Origin: Eledone cirrhosa
Taxonomy: Eukaryota
Direction: 5' to 3'
Assembly (NCBI GenBank): GCA_964016885.1
Contig: OZ024756.1
Location: 39,680,001 to 39,744,000, forward strand
DNA: 64,000 nucleotides
Shown here: positions 44,118 through 58,883 of the stretch, one piece after another
Position numbering within the stretch: position 1 is the stretch's first letter
Layout of the letters: each line of letters opens with the position of its first letter
The notes under the pieces: generated by a model
Databases searched by the model: none
What the model was told of the DNA's origin: nothing
Seen by the model: only the letters and a program-made list of their open reading frames with translations
Made by a program: the position numbers and the translations under genes

Positions 44118-44685
44118 CAACGCCAGTACCATTCCAGTATTTTCGATATGGTGTTCGAAGAAACACGACTTGCCAAAATATGTTGTTTCACGGTAGAATT
44201 ACCTCATTATAAAGTTGGGTTTACAGAGACAATGTATGAATAAATTAAAGTAACCTTCTTTAATTCGGCAATCAAATTTTATATTCTGATTTTATTAAAG
44301 ATATCTCTCCAAATCTAACTGAGTTGTTTATTTTTTGTTTAATTGAAGCAAAATGTAAAAAATATGCTAATGTAATTTCAGATTTGAAAATTCACGTTGA
44401 TTATATGCTTAAATCTTCTTCTTTCATGTTACAACAGATGTTAGTTTCGTCTCGAGGAGGGAAATGATAAAAATGTAAAGAAGTGGAGATGATAAATGTC
44501 TTGCATTTTTTCATTTGCATACTTTTAAATTCTTCAATTTAAATAATGCTCATAGTGATTTTAATCCTTGGAAAGATCGATGAAATAAGTGTAGCAATAG
44601 TTTAATGAAGAGTTATACAATCGAACATATATCCTCTTCTTTAATTTATTCAATTGTGACAATTCAAGAAACTAATCATAATTAC

Positions 44686-44856
44686 CTGTGCTGAATTTTA
44701 CCACTGTGCTTAGGTGTGCTTAAACACAGGGCCCTGTTGGCCAGCGGGGGATGGCCCATCTTCCTGCCCAAAAAATTGTTAAAATCCTTCAAGCCCAAGT
44801 AAGGGGCCTCATAACTTAACTACCACAGGGCTTCATTTGTTCTAAATCCGGCACTG
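44686..44856. mobile_element. Decayed hAT-like MITE
   Basis: Ends ctgtgctgaattt / aaatccggcactg, with 8-bp flanks ataattac / ctaatttc (6 of 8 match). Confidence 0.45.
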
Positions 44857-45305
44857 CTAATTTCACACGTCTGTCTTTCCAGTTAAAATATTTCAGATGA
44901 ATATAAAATGATATATGGACAGAACTACACAAGAAAATTTAGTGGAGTTTGACGAAGGCTAGCGGGTCAGTGACTGGGTCCCTTTACAATAATTAAAATT
45001 AATTCATTTCTCACTATCTAATTTTATATATTTTTTTATTTCTTTCTATTATCTTTTATTGTCTCCTACTCTCATTCGATTTACCTATTCTATAACCTCC
45101 CTCCTCCACTTCATACACTAGCCTTAGAATCTGCTGTATACATATCACTTTCAACGCTTGACAGCTCCACTCACTCCCCTATTGTTCTATAGGCAAGTTC
45201 AGCCACCCCTACCTCCCACCAAATGCCATGATAGACTTATTTGTGTTTACAACAAATTTTAACCAATGCTCTTGACAACTACAATCTTGCCATATAAGGA
45301 AGTAC

Positions 45306-45399
45306 CCCCTTGAAAAGTTCGGCTATTTATTCACCAGGCTAAATATTCTAATTTAGTCCAGAAATAGCCGTCGAAACGGCTTGAGCTCTGCCGTCGGGG
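45306..45399 (+). ncRNA. Complete family C hammerhead, U3-A8 core variant
   Basis: cccc-TTGAAAA-gttcggctattt..ggctaaat/atttagtc..aaatagccgtc-GAAA-cggc ttgagctct gccg-TC-gggg. Confidence 0.75.
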
Positions 45400-45425
45400 T
45401 CATACTTTTTCCTATATATATATAT

Positions 45426-45611
45426 AACGAACGAAGTGTGGTAAGGAACCAGGTGGAACATAACGCACCAGAGTACTCGATACTTTGGGCAGTAGAGTGG
45501 GTAATAGGAAAAGAGGCAGAACTGAAGCCGTTTCGACAGCTATTTGGTCCAGAAATATCTGTCGAAACGGCTTCAGCTCTGCCGTCGGGGTTCCGGGGTT
45601 CTGACTCTTTT

Positions 45612-45613
<2 letters not shown>
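45426..45613 (-). mobile_element. Family C element folded back at stem II
   Basis: Standard tail reverse-complemented plus a palindrome centred near 45547. Confidence 0.75.
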
Positions 45614-45689
<76 letters not shown>

Positions 45690-46116
45690 TATATAGTTAA
45701 AAGAATAGAGGTGTAACACACAAGTTATTATATATTGGTAAACGGAATAGAAAATGCTGACAAATTGTTCACAGTTGAAAAATGGTTTAATTAGGAATAA
45801 AAGAGTATTAGTGATTGTATGGGTTAGTATTCAGTTGTGATTTTAAGTTTTTAAGTTTTGACCGGTTGCGCATTTCTAAATGCTTTTCAAAAATAATTTT
45901 GACTCAAAATTATTTTTGAAAAGCATTTAGAAATGCGCAACCGGTAAAAACTTAAAAACTTAAAACCACAACTGAATACTAACCCATACAATCACTAATA
46001 CTCTTTTATTCCTAATTAAACCATTTTTCAACTGTGAACAATTTGTCAGCATTTTCTATTCCGTTTACCAATATATAATAACTTGTGTGTTACACCTCTA
46101 TTCTTTTAACTATATA
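45690..46116. repeat. Near-perfect ~425-bp palindrome with a hammerhead-like motif on each arm
   Basis: Centre at 45903 (ttttga-c-tcaaaa). ttt-TTGAAAA-gcatt taga aatgc-GCAA-ccgg-TA/TC-aaa at 45913-45949 and its mirror. Confidence 0.85.
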
Positions 46117-46227
<111 letters not shown>

Positions 46228-46451
46228 TATCTAACTGCACCGATATTTGGTGAAATGCATTCATGATTTGTGAGGGATACATATGAGGGAAGATATATAT
46301 GATTTTTATCAGGTATCTATATTTTTAAATGTTTGTTAAATTTTAATATGACACTATAACGAACTATGTATTCTTACATTCTATACAGAATGTCTCTTGT
46401 TAAAGTTTGATATGTTCTATTGTACATTTATATCTTTAAATATTTATGTAT

Positions 46452-46913
46452 ATATGTCATGTTGTAATGATTAAATGCCCGGATTTATTTTTTAAATATT
46501 TACTTTGAGCTTATTTTGGGAGACAAGACACATGTTCGAGATTATCTCAAACATGACATCTACAACTTTGAATGTCATATAAATAATTGTTTCTACTTTT
46601 GGCACAAAGCCAGCAATTACCCAGTGCATTACTGGTACTTTATTTTATCCACTCGGTAAGGATGAAAGGCAAAGTTAACCTCGTATGTCATGTTGTAATG
46701 ATTAAATGCCCGGATTTATTTTTTAAATATTTACTTTGAGCTTATTTTGGGAGACAAGACACATGTTCGAGATTATCTCAAACATGACATCTACAACTTT
46801 GAATGTCATATAAATAATTGTTTCTACTTTTGGCACAAAGCCAGCAATTATCCAGTGCATTACTGGTACTTTATTTTATCCACTCGGTAAGGATGAAAGG
46901 CAAAGTTAACCTC
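46452..46913. repeat. ~230-bp tandem duplication ending in a SINE 3' half
   Basis: tatgtcatgttgtaatg...aaagttaacctcg occurs twice. Confidence 0.92.
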
Positions 46914-46941
46914 GATGGGAATGTAATATATATAATATATA

Positions 46942-47030
<89 letters not shown>

Positions 47031-47032
47031 AT

Positions 47033-47064
<32 letters not shown>

Positions 47065-47066
47065 AT

Positions 47067-47098
<32 letters not shown>

Positions 47099-47109
47099 AT
47101 ATATAATAT

Positions 47110-47219
<110 letters not shown>

Positions 47220-47247
47220 TATGTATATATATATATATATATATATA

Positions 47248-47310
47248 GGAACAAGTATTGAGTACTTTGGTGCGTTATGGTCCATCTGGTTCCTTACCAC
47301 ATTTCCTTTG

Positions 47311-47312
<2 letters not shown>
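47248..47312 (+). mobile_element. Family C tail fragment in a TA run
   Basis: aagtattgagtactttggtgcgttatggtccatctggttccttaccacatttcc. Confidence 0.75.
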
Positions 47313-47358
<46 letters not shown>

Positions 47359-47658
47359 TGGAGGTTGTCTGTGTGAGTGTGTGTGTGTGTGTGTATGTCT
47401 ATGATTGTATGTATTATCAAAGTTATTCCAGAAATTGGTTTCCTTTCTTCAGAGATTATACAGTATGTGTAACACTAAATTATCCGATGCCTCTTACTAT
47501 TTTTTTTATGCGGTATGTTGTTAGTTGAGGGAGATTTTACTACTATTTCTAGCAAATCAAGAGTTCCTCGTTAGTTCGTTTACAGCTCAGTTTTGTTGTT
47601 GTTACTGTTATTGTTTAACCAATGGTAAGACGTATTTAATATATATATATATTGGAGT

Positions 47659-47845
47659 AGGGCGATGGATTGGCTGTATCGGTAGAGAGTCGGACACCAT
47701 GCTTTGCAGCACAGAGTTACGGCCCTTTATGGTCTCATTCCAAATCCCGCCGAGGTTAACTTTGCCTTTCACCCTTACGGGGTCGATAAAATAAAGTACC
47801 AGTAATACACTGGGATAATTGCTGGCCTTGTGCCAAAAGTAGAAC
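47659..47845 (+). mobile_element. tRNA-derived SINE (main family)
   Basis: Full copy. Confidence 0.88.
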
Positions 47846-48494
47846 ACCTAATGTGTCCTTAGTTTTAAAATGATGGTGTATGATATGAGGCTAATTTAGC
47901 TGCTATTTTCAGCAGGTTGAATGAGGAGCTTGAAGGATGTTTCTTATTATATTGATGGGTCTTTCACGAAGAAAACTTCAAAGAATTCCATTTACCATTC
48001 ATTTTAGATTCTTTATATGTCTTCTTTATTGAAAATTCTCACAGAATTTTAGATTTAATAGATATTGAAACATGGTTTTTCACAGAACAATGAAGAACGG
48101 TGTTTATTGCAACATAAATAATAAAAGAAAATTAAGATTAAACAATGCTTTACTTTCAAGTACATTTTATATAGTTTTCACAGATATTAGAAGACAAAAA
48201 TAAAAGTATTAACAAATGCATGGATTTTTACAATAAGACGTAGGCTAAGGTGACAGCTAAACTTAGGCGAACCTATATATACAAGTATCTGACAATTGTG
48301 TTCTAATTCTAGGTTTATGGCTATTGTTTCTTTAGTATTTTGGGCTGTGTATTTATGTCTTTTCTTTTGTTTTTATTAACTTCTATAAATTTCTCAAAGA
48401 TGCTTATTAGATAATTATTTGTTCCAACATAAGATGCGAACAAATTCGATTTCATTCGATTTTAACGCATTTGTCTTTTGTTTTCTTTATTCAA

Positions 48495-48596
48495 TATATA
48501 TTCTGTCTCTTATATATTCTGTCTCTTATATATTCCATGTGCCATTACCAACCTCAATTTTCTTTATAACCTTCGTTTTGTGTAGTAAATTACACT

Positions 48597-48658
<62 letters not shown>

Positions 48659-48910
48659 AGTGTAATTTACTACACAAAACGAAGGTTATAAAGAAAATTG
48701 AGGTTGGTAATGGCACATGGAATATATAAGAGACAGAATACTTTTTTGTGAAAAAACATATAATTTTATAAGGTAAGGAAATAATAAAGGGTATAAAAAA
48801 TATTTTATACCCTTTATTATTTCCTTACCTTATAAAATTATATGTTTTTTCACAAAAAAGTATTCTGTCTCTTATATATTCCATGTGCCATTACCAACCT
48901 CAATTTTCTC
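48495..48910. repeat. Zig-zag double foldback
   Basis: One segment appears forward, reverse, forward, with turns at a TA run (48601-48654) and at about 48800. Confidence 0.88.
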
Positions 48911-48933
48911 TCTATATATATATATATATTTTT

Positions 48934-49040
<107 letters not shown>

Positions 49041-49054
49041 TATGTATATACATA

Positions 49055-49160
<106 letters not shown>

Positions 49161-49164
49161 CATA

Positions 49165-49272
<108 letters not shown>

Positions 49273-49315
49273 GTGAAATAAAATAACAAGGACGACTGGT
49301 TACTCCTTCATTACG

Positions 49316-49412
49316 TTTATTGGTTTCTGTCGTGAGTTTCGCCACTGATCAGCTCAAGGTTGGATCTGTATCGATCTAGCCTGACTCTGTAATCCGCGGC
49401 TCGTTAGACCCC
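49316..49412 (-). ncRNA. Degenerate hammerhead related to 43315-43410
   Basis: ggt-CTAACGA-gccgc..cagagtcagg..gatc/gatc..ccttgagctg..gtggc-GAAA-ct..ag-AA-acc-aataaa, with two core substitutions. Confidence 0.45.
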
Positions 49413-49453
49413 TTACAATGGTGAACCTACAGTAACTCCAAGTTACAATCCCT

Positions 49454-49543
<90 letters not shown>

Positions 49544-50472
49544 TGCTTGAAGCATTATAATCCTCAACACTCTCTTATATTCATATATATTTTGTTTTTT
49601 GGCTATGAATCAGTTGTGTGACGTTTTATTGATATGACTAATAAAGAGAGAGTGGCTAATAGAACGGTCGATTATAAAGCTGGCGTCTGTTATGAAGTGA
49701 CGAATCAGTGGAGAAGCCATAGAAAGGCGGTCATTTCAGGAGATTAAAAGAAAAGGAAGAAGTCAACTAATAAATAAACCCTGTGAAGTACAATTTTATT
49801 CCTAATATTATTTTTCATCCATTAACCCAATATGGGGAACAAGAAAATCGTTGTATTGATTTTATTGTCGAAATTACTTTATTGTTTATGGGTGATAGTG
49901 AACAGGAAATTATTAAGGAAACACACATTAGTTTTACTAATTTACTGGGTTAAATGTCTCCTCTGTCCAGCTATGAAAATAAAGGTGACTTTTTTTAATG
50001 AATTAATCAAGCTAAATACAAATAATATTTAGTTCATCGTTGCTGTGCTAAATAGAAAGTTTCTCAGGCTGGTTAATAAACCATTCTATGACATCGTTGC
50101 TGTGCTAAATAGAAAGTTTCTCAGGCTGGTTAATAAACCATTCTATCAGACAATCAGTGGGTGATTTTACCGTTAAAACCGAGAATACATTGTATATGAA
50201 CTCTCTAACACTCTCCCTGTCCGATGGAGAGATCTCCCACTTACTTTGAGGTGGGTGAGAGATGTCTTCTCTTGTCAAGATGGGTATAGCTTTCATTATA
50301 TAAAATCTCCCCCTTTTGCCCCATTTCTCCCCGTTTGGGGGCACTCATTTTCATGGTACTCCCTGTTTGGGTTTTTAGAGGTTGGCAGGTCTACGATATT
50401 CTACTTCATAGACAAATCTTTAATTGCCAATAACCTTCACTTTGTTGAGCTGTGTCTTCTCTTTCTCACATT

Positions 50473-50473
50473 A

Positions 50474-50522
<49 letters not shown>

Positions 50523-50536
50523 ATACTACTACTACT

Positions 50537-50580
<44 letters not shown>

Positions 50581-50582
50581 TA
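50473..50582. repeat. (ACT)n(ACG)n microsatellite
   Basis: Directly visible. Confidence 0.95.
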
Positions 50583-51741
50583 CATTAACCTCTAATCCCT
50601 CAACCTTAAACATTTGTTAGACTACTCTCTTCAGATTCCATTCCTTTTATTCTGTTTTGTCTTCCGAACTGGATCCATTTGGAACTTTCTCCTATACGTT
50701 CCCCACCCCTCAACCATCTACAACATAAACCTCAAACTGTACATTATTCATATTAACCTTACTCAACTGCGCCTTAATTCAAGTCTAGCAGAACCTAACA
50801 AATCTATTTGAATTGTAGCTAATTTCAATCTAAACAGAAGCTAACTTTAAACCATCAAGCTAATATACTCTACTTGTTCGCTGTTCGTTCTCATTTGACC
50901 TGTACGCTGCAGTGTCCGTCTTTCTTAAAGTTATATCTAACAAAATGCTAAAATTGAAAAGCAACAATCTTTTACTAAGTGACAGGAGAAATACGTAGGC
51001 GAAAGATGGCGACTCTCAAATCTCATTATTACTTCAGATATCTCCGAACATTTTTTAGGTCAAAATATTTTCTCCTGGCTTCATTCTTCTACTGAAAATA
51101 ATTCTATTTTAAAGTCAATACTTGAAGAGCAGTTCTTTTGTTATATTGAATTTTAGTTATTTCGTGTGACATTGCTCTTAAATTGTAACTTTATGGAGAA
51201 ATAAGCATCCTCAAATTTATACTGCGTATTAACTTTTCTCAGTGTAGCAAGCAGGAACATTTCAACTTGGAATTGCTAAAGAATAGCTAACAGAAAATTC
51301 TATGCAATGTTTCAGATATATTTCAGGAACATATTAAAAATAAAACTTTCCGAAATGGCTTCAATTAAGGAAAATACTAGCAATGGTAAAAATAAACTGT
51401 CAATTTGTTGGTGAAAGATGATAGCAATACTATAAATAGAAATTATGGTGGGCGATTGCGTGTACCAGAGCTATATAGTAGCTTAATTTTGGTTTCTGAT
51501 TTATGCACTAGGCCAACAATTTCGACCCCAGTGTATTACTGGTACTGTATTTTATCGCTCACAGTAGCTTAATATTAAAAGGTCTTAAGTTATGAAGTAT
51601 ATTTCGAATGCAATAAATTTAATTCGTGTATTTCCATGTTTGACAGAATCGGTTGAGCGCCATACAAAACACAAGTGATATTCCTTTCTTACAGTATTGT
51701 ATTGTACTGGCTTTCCAAAACGACATTATTAAGTACTAGAG

Positions 51742-51922
51742 GGCAGTATCCGTAGAGGTTCGGACGTCATGCTTTGCAGCATAGAGTTATGGCCCTTGCC
51801 ATTCTGAGTTCAAATCCCACCGAGGTTAACTTTGCCTTTCATCCTTACGGGGTGGATGAAATAAAGTACCAGTAATACACTGGGGTAATTGCTGGCCTTG
51901 TGCCAAAAGTAGAAACAATTAT
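51742..51922 (+). mobile_element. tRNA-derived SINE (main family)
   Basis: Full copy. Tail fragments nearby at about 51490-51557 and 52003-52060. Confidence 0.88.
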
Positions 51923-52260
51923 ATAGTACTAGTTATTAACTGGAGTCGACTAAAATAAGCTTTAAAAAAAGGTAATCTTACGTGAAATCTCTTTAATATA
52001 AGTAATTGTTTCTACTTTAGGCACAAGGCCAGCAATTACCCAGTGCATTACTGGTACTTTAATATAAGTAATATGCTAAAACTGATTGTCATCTTTTACT
52101 AACAGAAATGGGAATAGGTAAAATTAAAATTCAATATTATTTCACTCCTGAAATGTCCATTAAAAAAGATTAAAACTTGCTGTAATCTTTCTCATCAAAT
52201 ATATCTATCGTCTGTTACGGTAATTGTGTAAGAACGCCTGTATGTGCATTTGTGTGTGTG

Positions 52261-52345
<85 letters not shown>

Positions 52346-53039
52346 AGATATATATATATGTATTTATATACATATAATAATGTATATATATAATGTGTGC
52401 GTGTGTGTGTGTGTGTCTGTGTGTGTCTGTGTGTGTCTGTGTGTGTGTGTGTCTGTGTGTGTGTGTGTGTCTGTGTGTATATGTGTGTGTGTAATTGATT
52501 GATTATTTTAAAACGTTACGACGTCTATTTTAATAACAGACATAAGAAACCGATTAAGAAAGATATATCTGTTAGTGATTTTCTTTTCCAAAATGTTCTG
52601 TCATTTACCATATTTGATATTCCTTCCTCTCTTGGAGAAGCAGTAATGGGTAATAACGATAGAAACGGTGAACAACAACAGCAACAGTAACAGCAACAGC
52701 TACAACAATGGCCGCCAATGTCAGCAAGAACATAAGCAGAGCACGGACATTTTATATTTTTATTCAATTTAAAATCCTAAGTGCGAAATCCTGGCTGGAT
52801 TAGGAAGGGAGGTTATTAGCTGATCACATGACTGTTGAATTTATTAGACGATTCATTAGCTGATCACATGACTATTGAATTCATTAGACGATTCATTAAC
52901 TGATCACATGACTGTTGAATTCATTAGACGATGACGGAGAGAGTAAGTTCAGCTTTTAATCACTGACCAAAATTCATCCACACGGAATTTCAATAGATTA
53001 CTAATCCGTAAGATCTGACTAGGCTTTCGCCACCACATC

Positions 53040-53097
<58 letters not shown>

Positions 53098-53257
53098 GGA
53101 AAATGTTCAGGACCCCGACGGCAGAGCTCAAGCCGTTTCGACGGCTATTTCATATATATATATATATCAATATATATACATATATATATATATAACGAAG
53201 TAGTTGTGGTAAGGAACCAGATGGACCATAACGCACCAGAGTACTCAATACTTAGGT
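53098..53257 (-). mobile_element. Two family C fragments separated by TA
   Basis: 53098-53151 is the ribozyme 3' half, 53194-53257 the tail. Confidence 0.72.
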
Positions 53258-53260
53258 ATG

Positions 53261-53322
<62 letters not shown>

Positions 53323-53433
53323 GAAATTGCTTATACAGGAGACGAAATAGAGACGAAATAGAAAGATAGAGAGTGAGAAGAGAAAGAAAACAGAAAACAA
53401 TTTTGTAGAAAAGCATGTTTGGTGTTCAGCCTG

Positions 53434-53467
<34 letters not shown>

Positions 53468-53593
53468 TATTTCGTCTTTTATTTCTTATTCTGTCTTCTG
53501 TCGGCGTTAATACACTTTTCCAACCATATCAACCATTGAAATAATATACTTCTTCATCGTACTGTTTGCTTTGTTGTTTCAGTTTATTCATAC

Positions 53594-53731
<138 letters not shown>

Positions 53732-53775
53732 GTGTATGTATATATATATGTTTATATATATATATATATATGTAT

Positions 53776-53871
<96 letters not shown>

Positions 53872-54063
53872 GAGTATATGTTCCTACACGCACAAGGCGC
53901 TTCGGTAAAGGTAACCATAGTAAGTAAAGTTAATTTTTTGTGCCTCTCCTTTGTTCTTTCCTACGCCATCTTGTTTTTGTGTGTGTTGTCATAATAAATT
54001 GGAGTGAAAGCAACTGGTGCGTGTGTTTCTTATTGGCAACATGACCCTCCCAAAGCATAACAA

Positions 54064-54094
<31 letters not shown>

Positions 54095-54101
54095 CTCTCT
54101 C

Positions 54102-54227
<126 letters not shown>

Positions 54228-54520
54228 GAATAAGAAAATGCGAAATATTCTTCTCAAGACATATTCTTCTCAACAAGAAAGATGAACAGACTTTCTTCAA
54301 CACTTAATTTTAAATTTTTTATTTTTTATTGTTTTTAATTATTTTTAATTGTAATAGTCAACATTTGAAATATTTTATATATTCTATATACATTATAAAA
54401 CTGATTTTTTAAATTGTTCCTCTCATTTTTTCAATAATGTCACTTTGACGGATCGAAGAAGAAAAACATAAAAACAGACTATTTAAATATATTTTGCCTG
54501 TTTTTTTTTCATTTCTACTT

Positions 54521-54656
<136 letters not shown>

Positions 54657-54754
54657 TATGTATATATATAAATATATATATATATACACATGTATATACA
54701 CATATATATGTATATACATATATGTGTATATATATATGCATATATATATATATG

Positions 54755-54878
<124 letters not shown>

Positions 54879-55271
54879 GAACTACAGTGAAAATGTTACA
54901 AAAGAAAAATATTATTTTGAATATTAACAAAAGATGATAATGTTGAATGACCAAAGGAAATATTGGAAGTTATTTATGTTTCTAACTTTTGAACTGAACA
55001 GAAATAGGGAAAAGGTTTCAATAAGAACTGCATATGAATAAGTAAATATTTAAGACGAATGAATGCCATTGTCACATTTGGTGGTTGTTGTTTTTTTGTT
55101 TGTTGGTTGGTTTTTATTTTATTTACATTTTTTTTTTCGTGGAATCCAGACGAATAAATAAAGACTTTTCACTGAATAATATTCCCGTAATGTTTACGCA
55201 TTTAACATAAATGTAATAATTGTTTCTACTTTAGGCACAAGGCCAGCAATTACCCAGTGCATTACTGGTAC

Positions 55272-56149
55272 TAAAGCCATTGGTGTAGATTTGTGTCAAA
55301 TACATATGGTTCTGCTGCGTTTTATAACTGATAGTGCTAATATTTCGAAAAGAAATATTGCTACTGACGACATATAAAGATATAGGTAAATATTTTATAT
55401 AAATTAGTCTCAATATATAAAACAAACTGAATTAATAAAAATATTTTTTACTCAATGAATAGTGTTCTTGTGATATTTCAGAGACCAAATATGAAATGGA
55501 GACTTAAGATTTTAACATAACGAAAAACTGTTGAAATTTGTTACGAAAGTTCTGGGGTAGAAATACCTCTAGCGACAGAATTGTCCAAAGAAAGGGGTGT
55601 TCGGAAAATATGTCGATGGTGTTATTTTCCAACCTCTCGGCCATTTTATTGTGATCTCATTTTGTTGTAATGAAGCAATTCACACATGCTTTGAAAACGG
55701 TCACCTTTACTGCCTGCACAATGCTACACTGCACTACACTACTCTATACTACACTACATTACACTACACTACACCATACTAGACTACAGGGCATTACATA
55801 TAATGATGAATTCTTTAAAGCCATTGGTGCAGATTTGTGTCAAATACATATGGTTCTGCTGCGTTTTATAACGGAATAGATAGTGGTGATATTTCGAAAA
55901 AAAATATTGCTTTTAATGACATAGAAAAATATAGGTAAATATTTTATATAAATTAGTCTCAATATATAAAACAAACTGAATTAATAAAAATATTTTTTTT
56001 CTCAATGAATAGTGTTCTTGTGATATTTCAGAGACCAAATATGAAATGAAGACTTTATCCTAACATAACGAAAAAGTGTTGAAATTTGTTACGAAAGTTC
56101 TGGGATAGAAATACCTCTAGCGGCAGAACTGTCCAAAGAAAGGGGTGTT
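55272..56149. repeat. ~330-bp direct repeat pair (55272-55601, 55816-56149)
   Basis: taaagccattggtg...ccaaagaaaggggtgtt occurs twice. Confidence 0.9.
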
Positions 56150-56171
56150 AATTAAAGGCAATAGACATATT

Positions 56172-56244
<73 letters not shown>

Positions 56245-56257
56245 TTAGTAATAATAA

Positions 56258-56331
56258 TTATGAATATTAAATCCAAAGATCCCGTAATAGGGTGAAAGCA
56301 GAGATTCTTTGTTTAAACTTTAATATGTACT

Positions 56332-56335
<4 letters not shown>
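56258..56335 (+). mobile_element. Family B element
   Basis: aagatcccgtaatagggtGAAAgcagagattctttgtttaaactttaat. Confidence 0.55.
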
Positions 56336-56398
<63 letters not shown>

Positions 56399-56482
56399 GA
56401 GAAGGTAAGCTATACTTGTCCATTATGCGGGAACACGGTAGTATTGATTGTGCCATAGCCAGGAAGACAGACAGACAGATAA

Positions 56483-56540
<58 letters not shown>

Positions 56541-56759
56541 TAGCGTAGTGGCGGGGACAGCATGCAGTTGGTGTGATGGTCAGGGAAATTGGTCAATTTG
56601 AAGTAAACATGCATGAAAACTTTCGCCATATAAGGGGACTTAAAACTCTGTCAAAAGCCGCAATCCTCTCAGAGTTAAGTCGTTCCAGAAGCTTTCACTC
56701 TAATTCTGCCAACAGAGCCAAATACATGAACATTAAAACCAGCCAACAGCTTTAGTAAT

Positions 56760-57137
56760 ATCATCAGCACAATCTCTTCCACCTTTATCACCATTATCAC
56801 TGATACCATCACCACCACCAGTAATACCACCACCACCACTACCATCACTAATACCATCACCACCACCACAGCTTCCACCACTACAACCTCCAACCACCAC
56901 TAATACCACCACTACCACCACTACCACCTCCCTGACCATCACTAATACCACCACCACCACAATACCCCCCACCACTACTACAGTTTCCCATACTACAATC
57001 CCCCCACCACCTTTAATACCATTACCCCTACCACAACTATAACTTAAGCAACCACCAATCCATTACGATTCTACCACCAACGCTTACTACTACCACTACC
57101 ACAAGCGCCTATACCATTACTACAGCTACTACCACCT
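56760..57137. repeat. Degenerate (ACC/ACT)n tract
   Basis: Directly visible. Similar (CAC)n tract at 58403-58545. Confidence 0.85.
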
Positions 57138-57166
57138 CAGCTCTCGTGTCATTAACCAGCAAGGAG

Positions 57167-57800
57167 AATTGGGATTTGCTGAATCGTTAGAGCGTCGGAT
57201 AAAATGTTTTGTGACATTTAGTTATGGCCCTTTATGTTCTGAGTTCAACTTCGGCCGAAGTCGATAAAATAAAGTAGCAGTTAAATACTGGGGTCGATAT
57301 AATTGACTTCTCTCCTCCTCCAAACATGTGCTGGCCTTCTGTCTATATTAGAAACCATTATATTTTTTTCCAGTGGATTGGCAGTATCAGTAGAGGGTCG
57401 GACGCCATGCTTTGACGCATAGAGTTACGGCCCTTGCCATTCTGAGTTCAAATCCCGCCGAGGTTAACTTTGCCTTTCATCCTTACGGAGTCGATAAAAT
57501 AAAGTACCAGTAATACACTGGGTAATTTGCTGGCATTGTGCCAAAAGTAGAAACAATTATATTTTTTTCCAGAGGGCGGTGAATTGGCAGAATCGGTAGA
57601 GGGTCGGACGCCTTGCTTAACAGCATAGAGTTACCCCCCCCCCCTTATGATCTGAGTTCAAATCCCGCCGAGGTTAACTTTGCCTTTCATTCTTACGGAG
57701 TCGATAAAATAAAGTACCAGTAATGCACTGGATCGATTTAATCGCCTTTCCCCTTCCCCAAAATTGCTGGCCTTGTGCCTAGATAAAAAAAAAGCATTAT
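57167..57800 (+). mobile_element. Cluster of three SINE copies
   Basis: About 57167-57360 (old), 57374-57560 and 57574-57800 (long-tail form). Confidence 0.88.
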
Positions 57801-58643
57801 TATATTTCTCAAGTTTTATACTTTCTATTTAATTTCTTTCACTCTCTCAGCTCCTCTTTCTTTCTTCCTTTCTGCCAGCCTCTTTCTCTATCTCTATATA
57901 TATCTGTCTATTTATCTATTTATCTATCTATCTATCTATCTATCTGTCTAATAAAGAAACATATCTATCTATCTGTCTGTCTATCTGTCGATCTACCTCC
58001 TTTATTATTTCTACGCCCTCCCTTCACGTTCTCTTTTTTTTTTTTTTTTCATTTCTTAGACACTAATTCTTCTTTCCCTCCTCCTAAAATAAAATTGGAC
58101 CGACTTTCTGTTTAGGTTATTAAAATTGAAAATTTAGAAAATTGAAAATTTTTTTCGTATTTTTGCTTGCAATATGGTGGCTTCTTTATGTTCTTCAAGT
58201 TTCCTGTGTATATTAAACTTGATAAAACAATTATTCGTTCCACCAGTGTTGCCCCATCAGGCTAAGGTTTTTTGAAAGTCATTCATAATCTCAAATCTGA
58301 AATTCTTCGGAAAAAAAACCCACTGCTAAATTTATCTTCCATAAACACATTATAAAAGTGTTCTTCCTGTCTATCTTAAACTGTAGCTAGGTCTTCACTA
58401 ACTCCACCACCACCACTACCACTACCACCAAAATCACCACCACCACCACCACCATCACCATCACCACCACCACCATCACCATCACCACCACCACCATCAC
58501 CATCACCACCACCACCACCACTATACCATTATCACCTTCACCAACTATTATTGGCTGGCTTACCAGAACCAGACGAATCTTAATATAATCAAAACAGTGG
58601 CTCCACTAGAAGTCAAGTACCTTCTACATAGTCTCTCTCTCCC

Positions 58644-58676
<33 letters not shown>

Positions 58677-58719
58677 ATAGATATATAGATATATATATAT
58701 ACATATATATATATATATG

Positions 58720-58769
<50 letters not shown>

Positions 58770-58825
58770 AATATATAATAAAATAACAGGAGGCTAGACT
58801 TGTGTAAATCCTTGAAAGGTTTATT

Positions 58826-58883
58826 ATACTATGATCATTTCAATGACCGGGTTCAGTATGAATCCGGTGATATCATCAGGTAT
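58826..58883 (-). ncRNA. Type I hammerhead ribozyme motif
   Basis: atac-CTGATGA-tatcaccggattca tac tgaacccggtcatt-GAAA-tgatca-TA-gtat, immediately followed by AATAAA. Confidence 0.78.
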
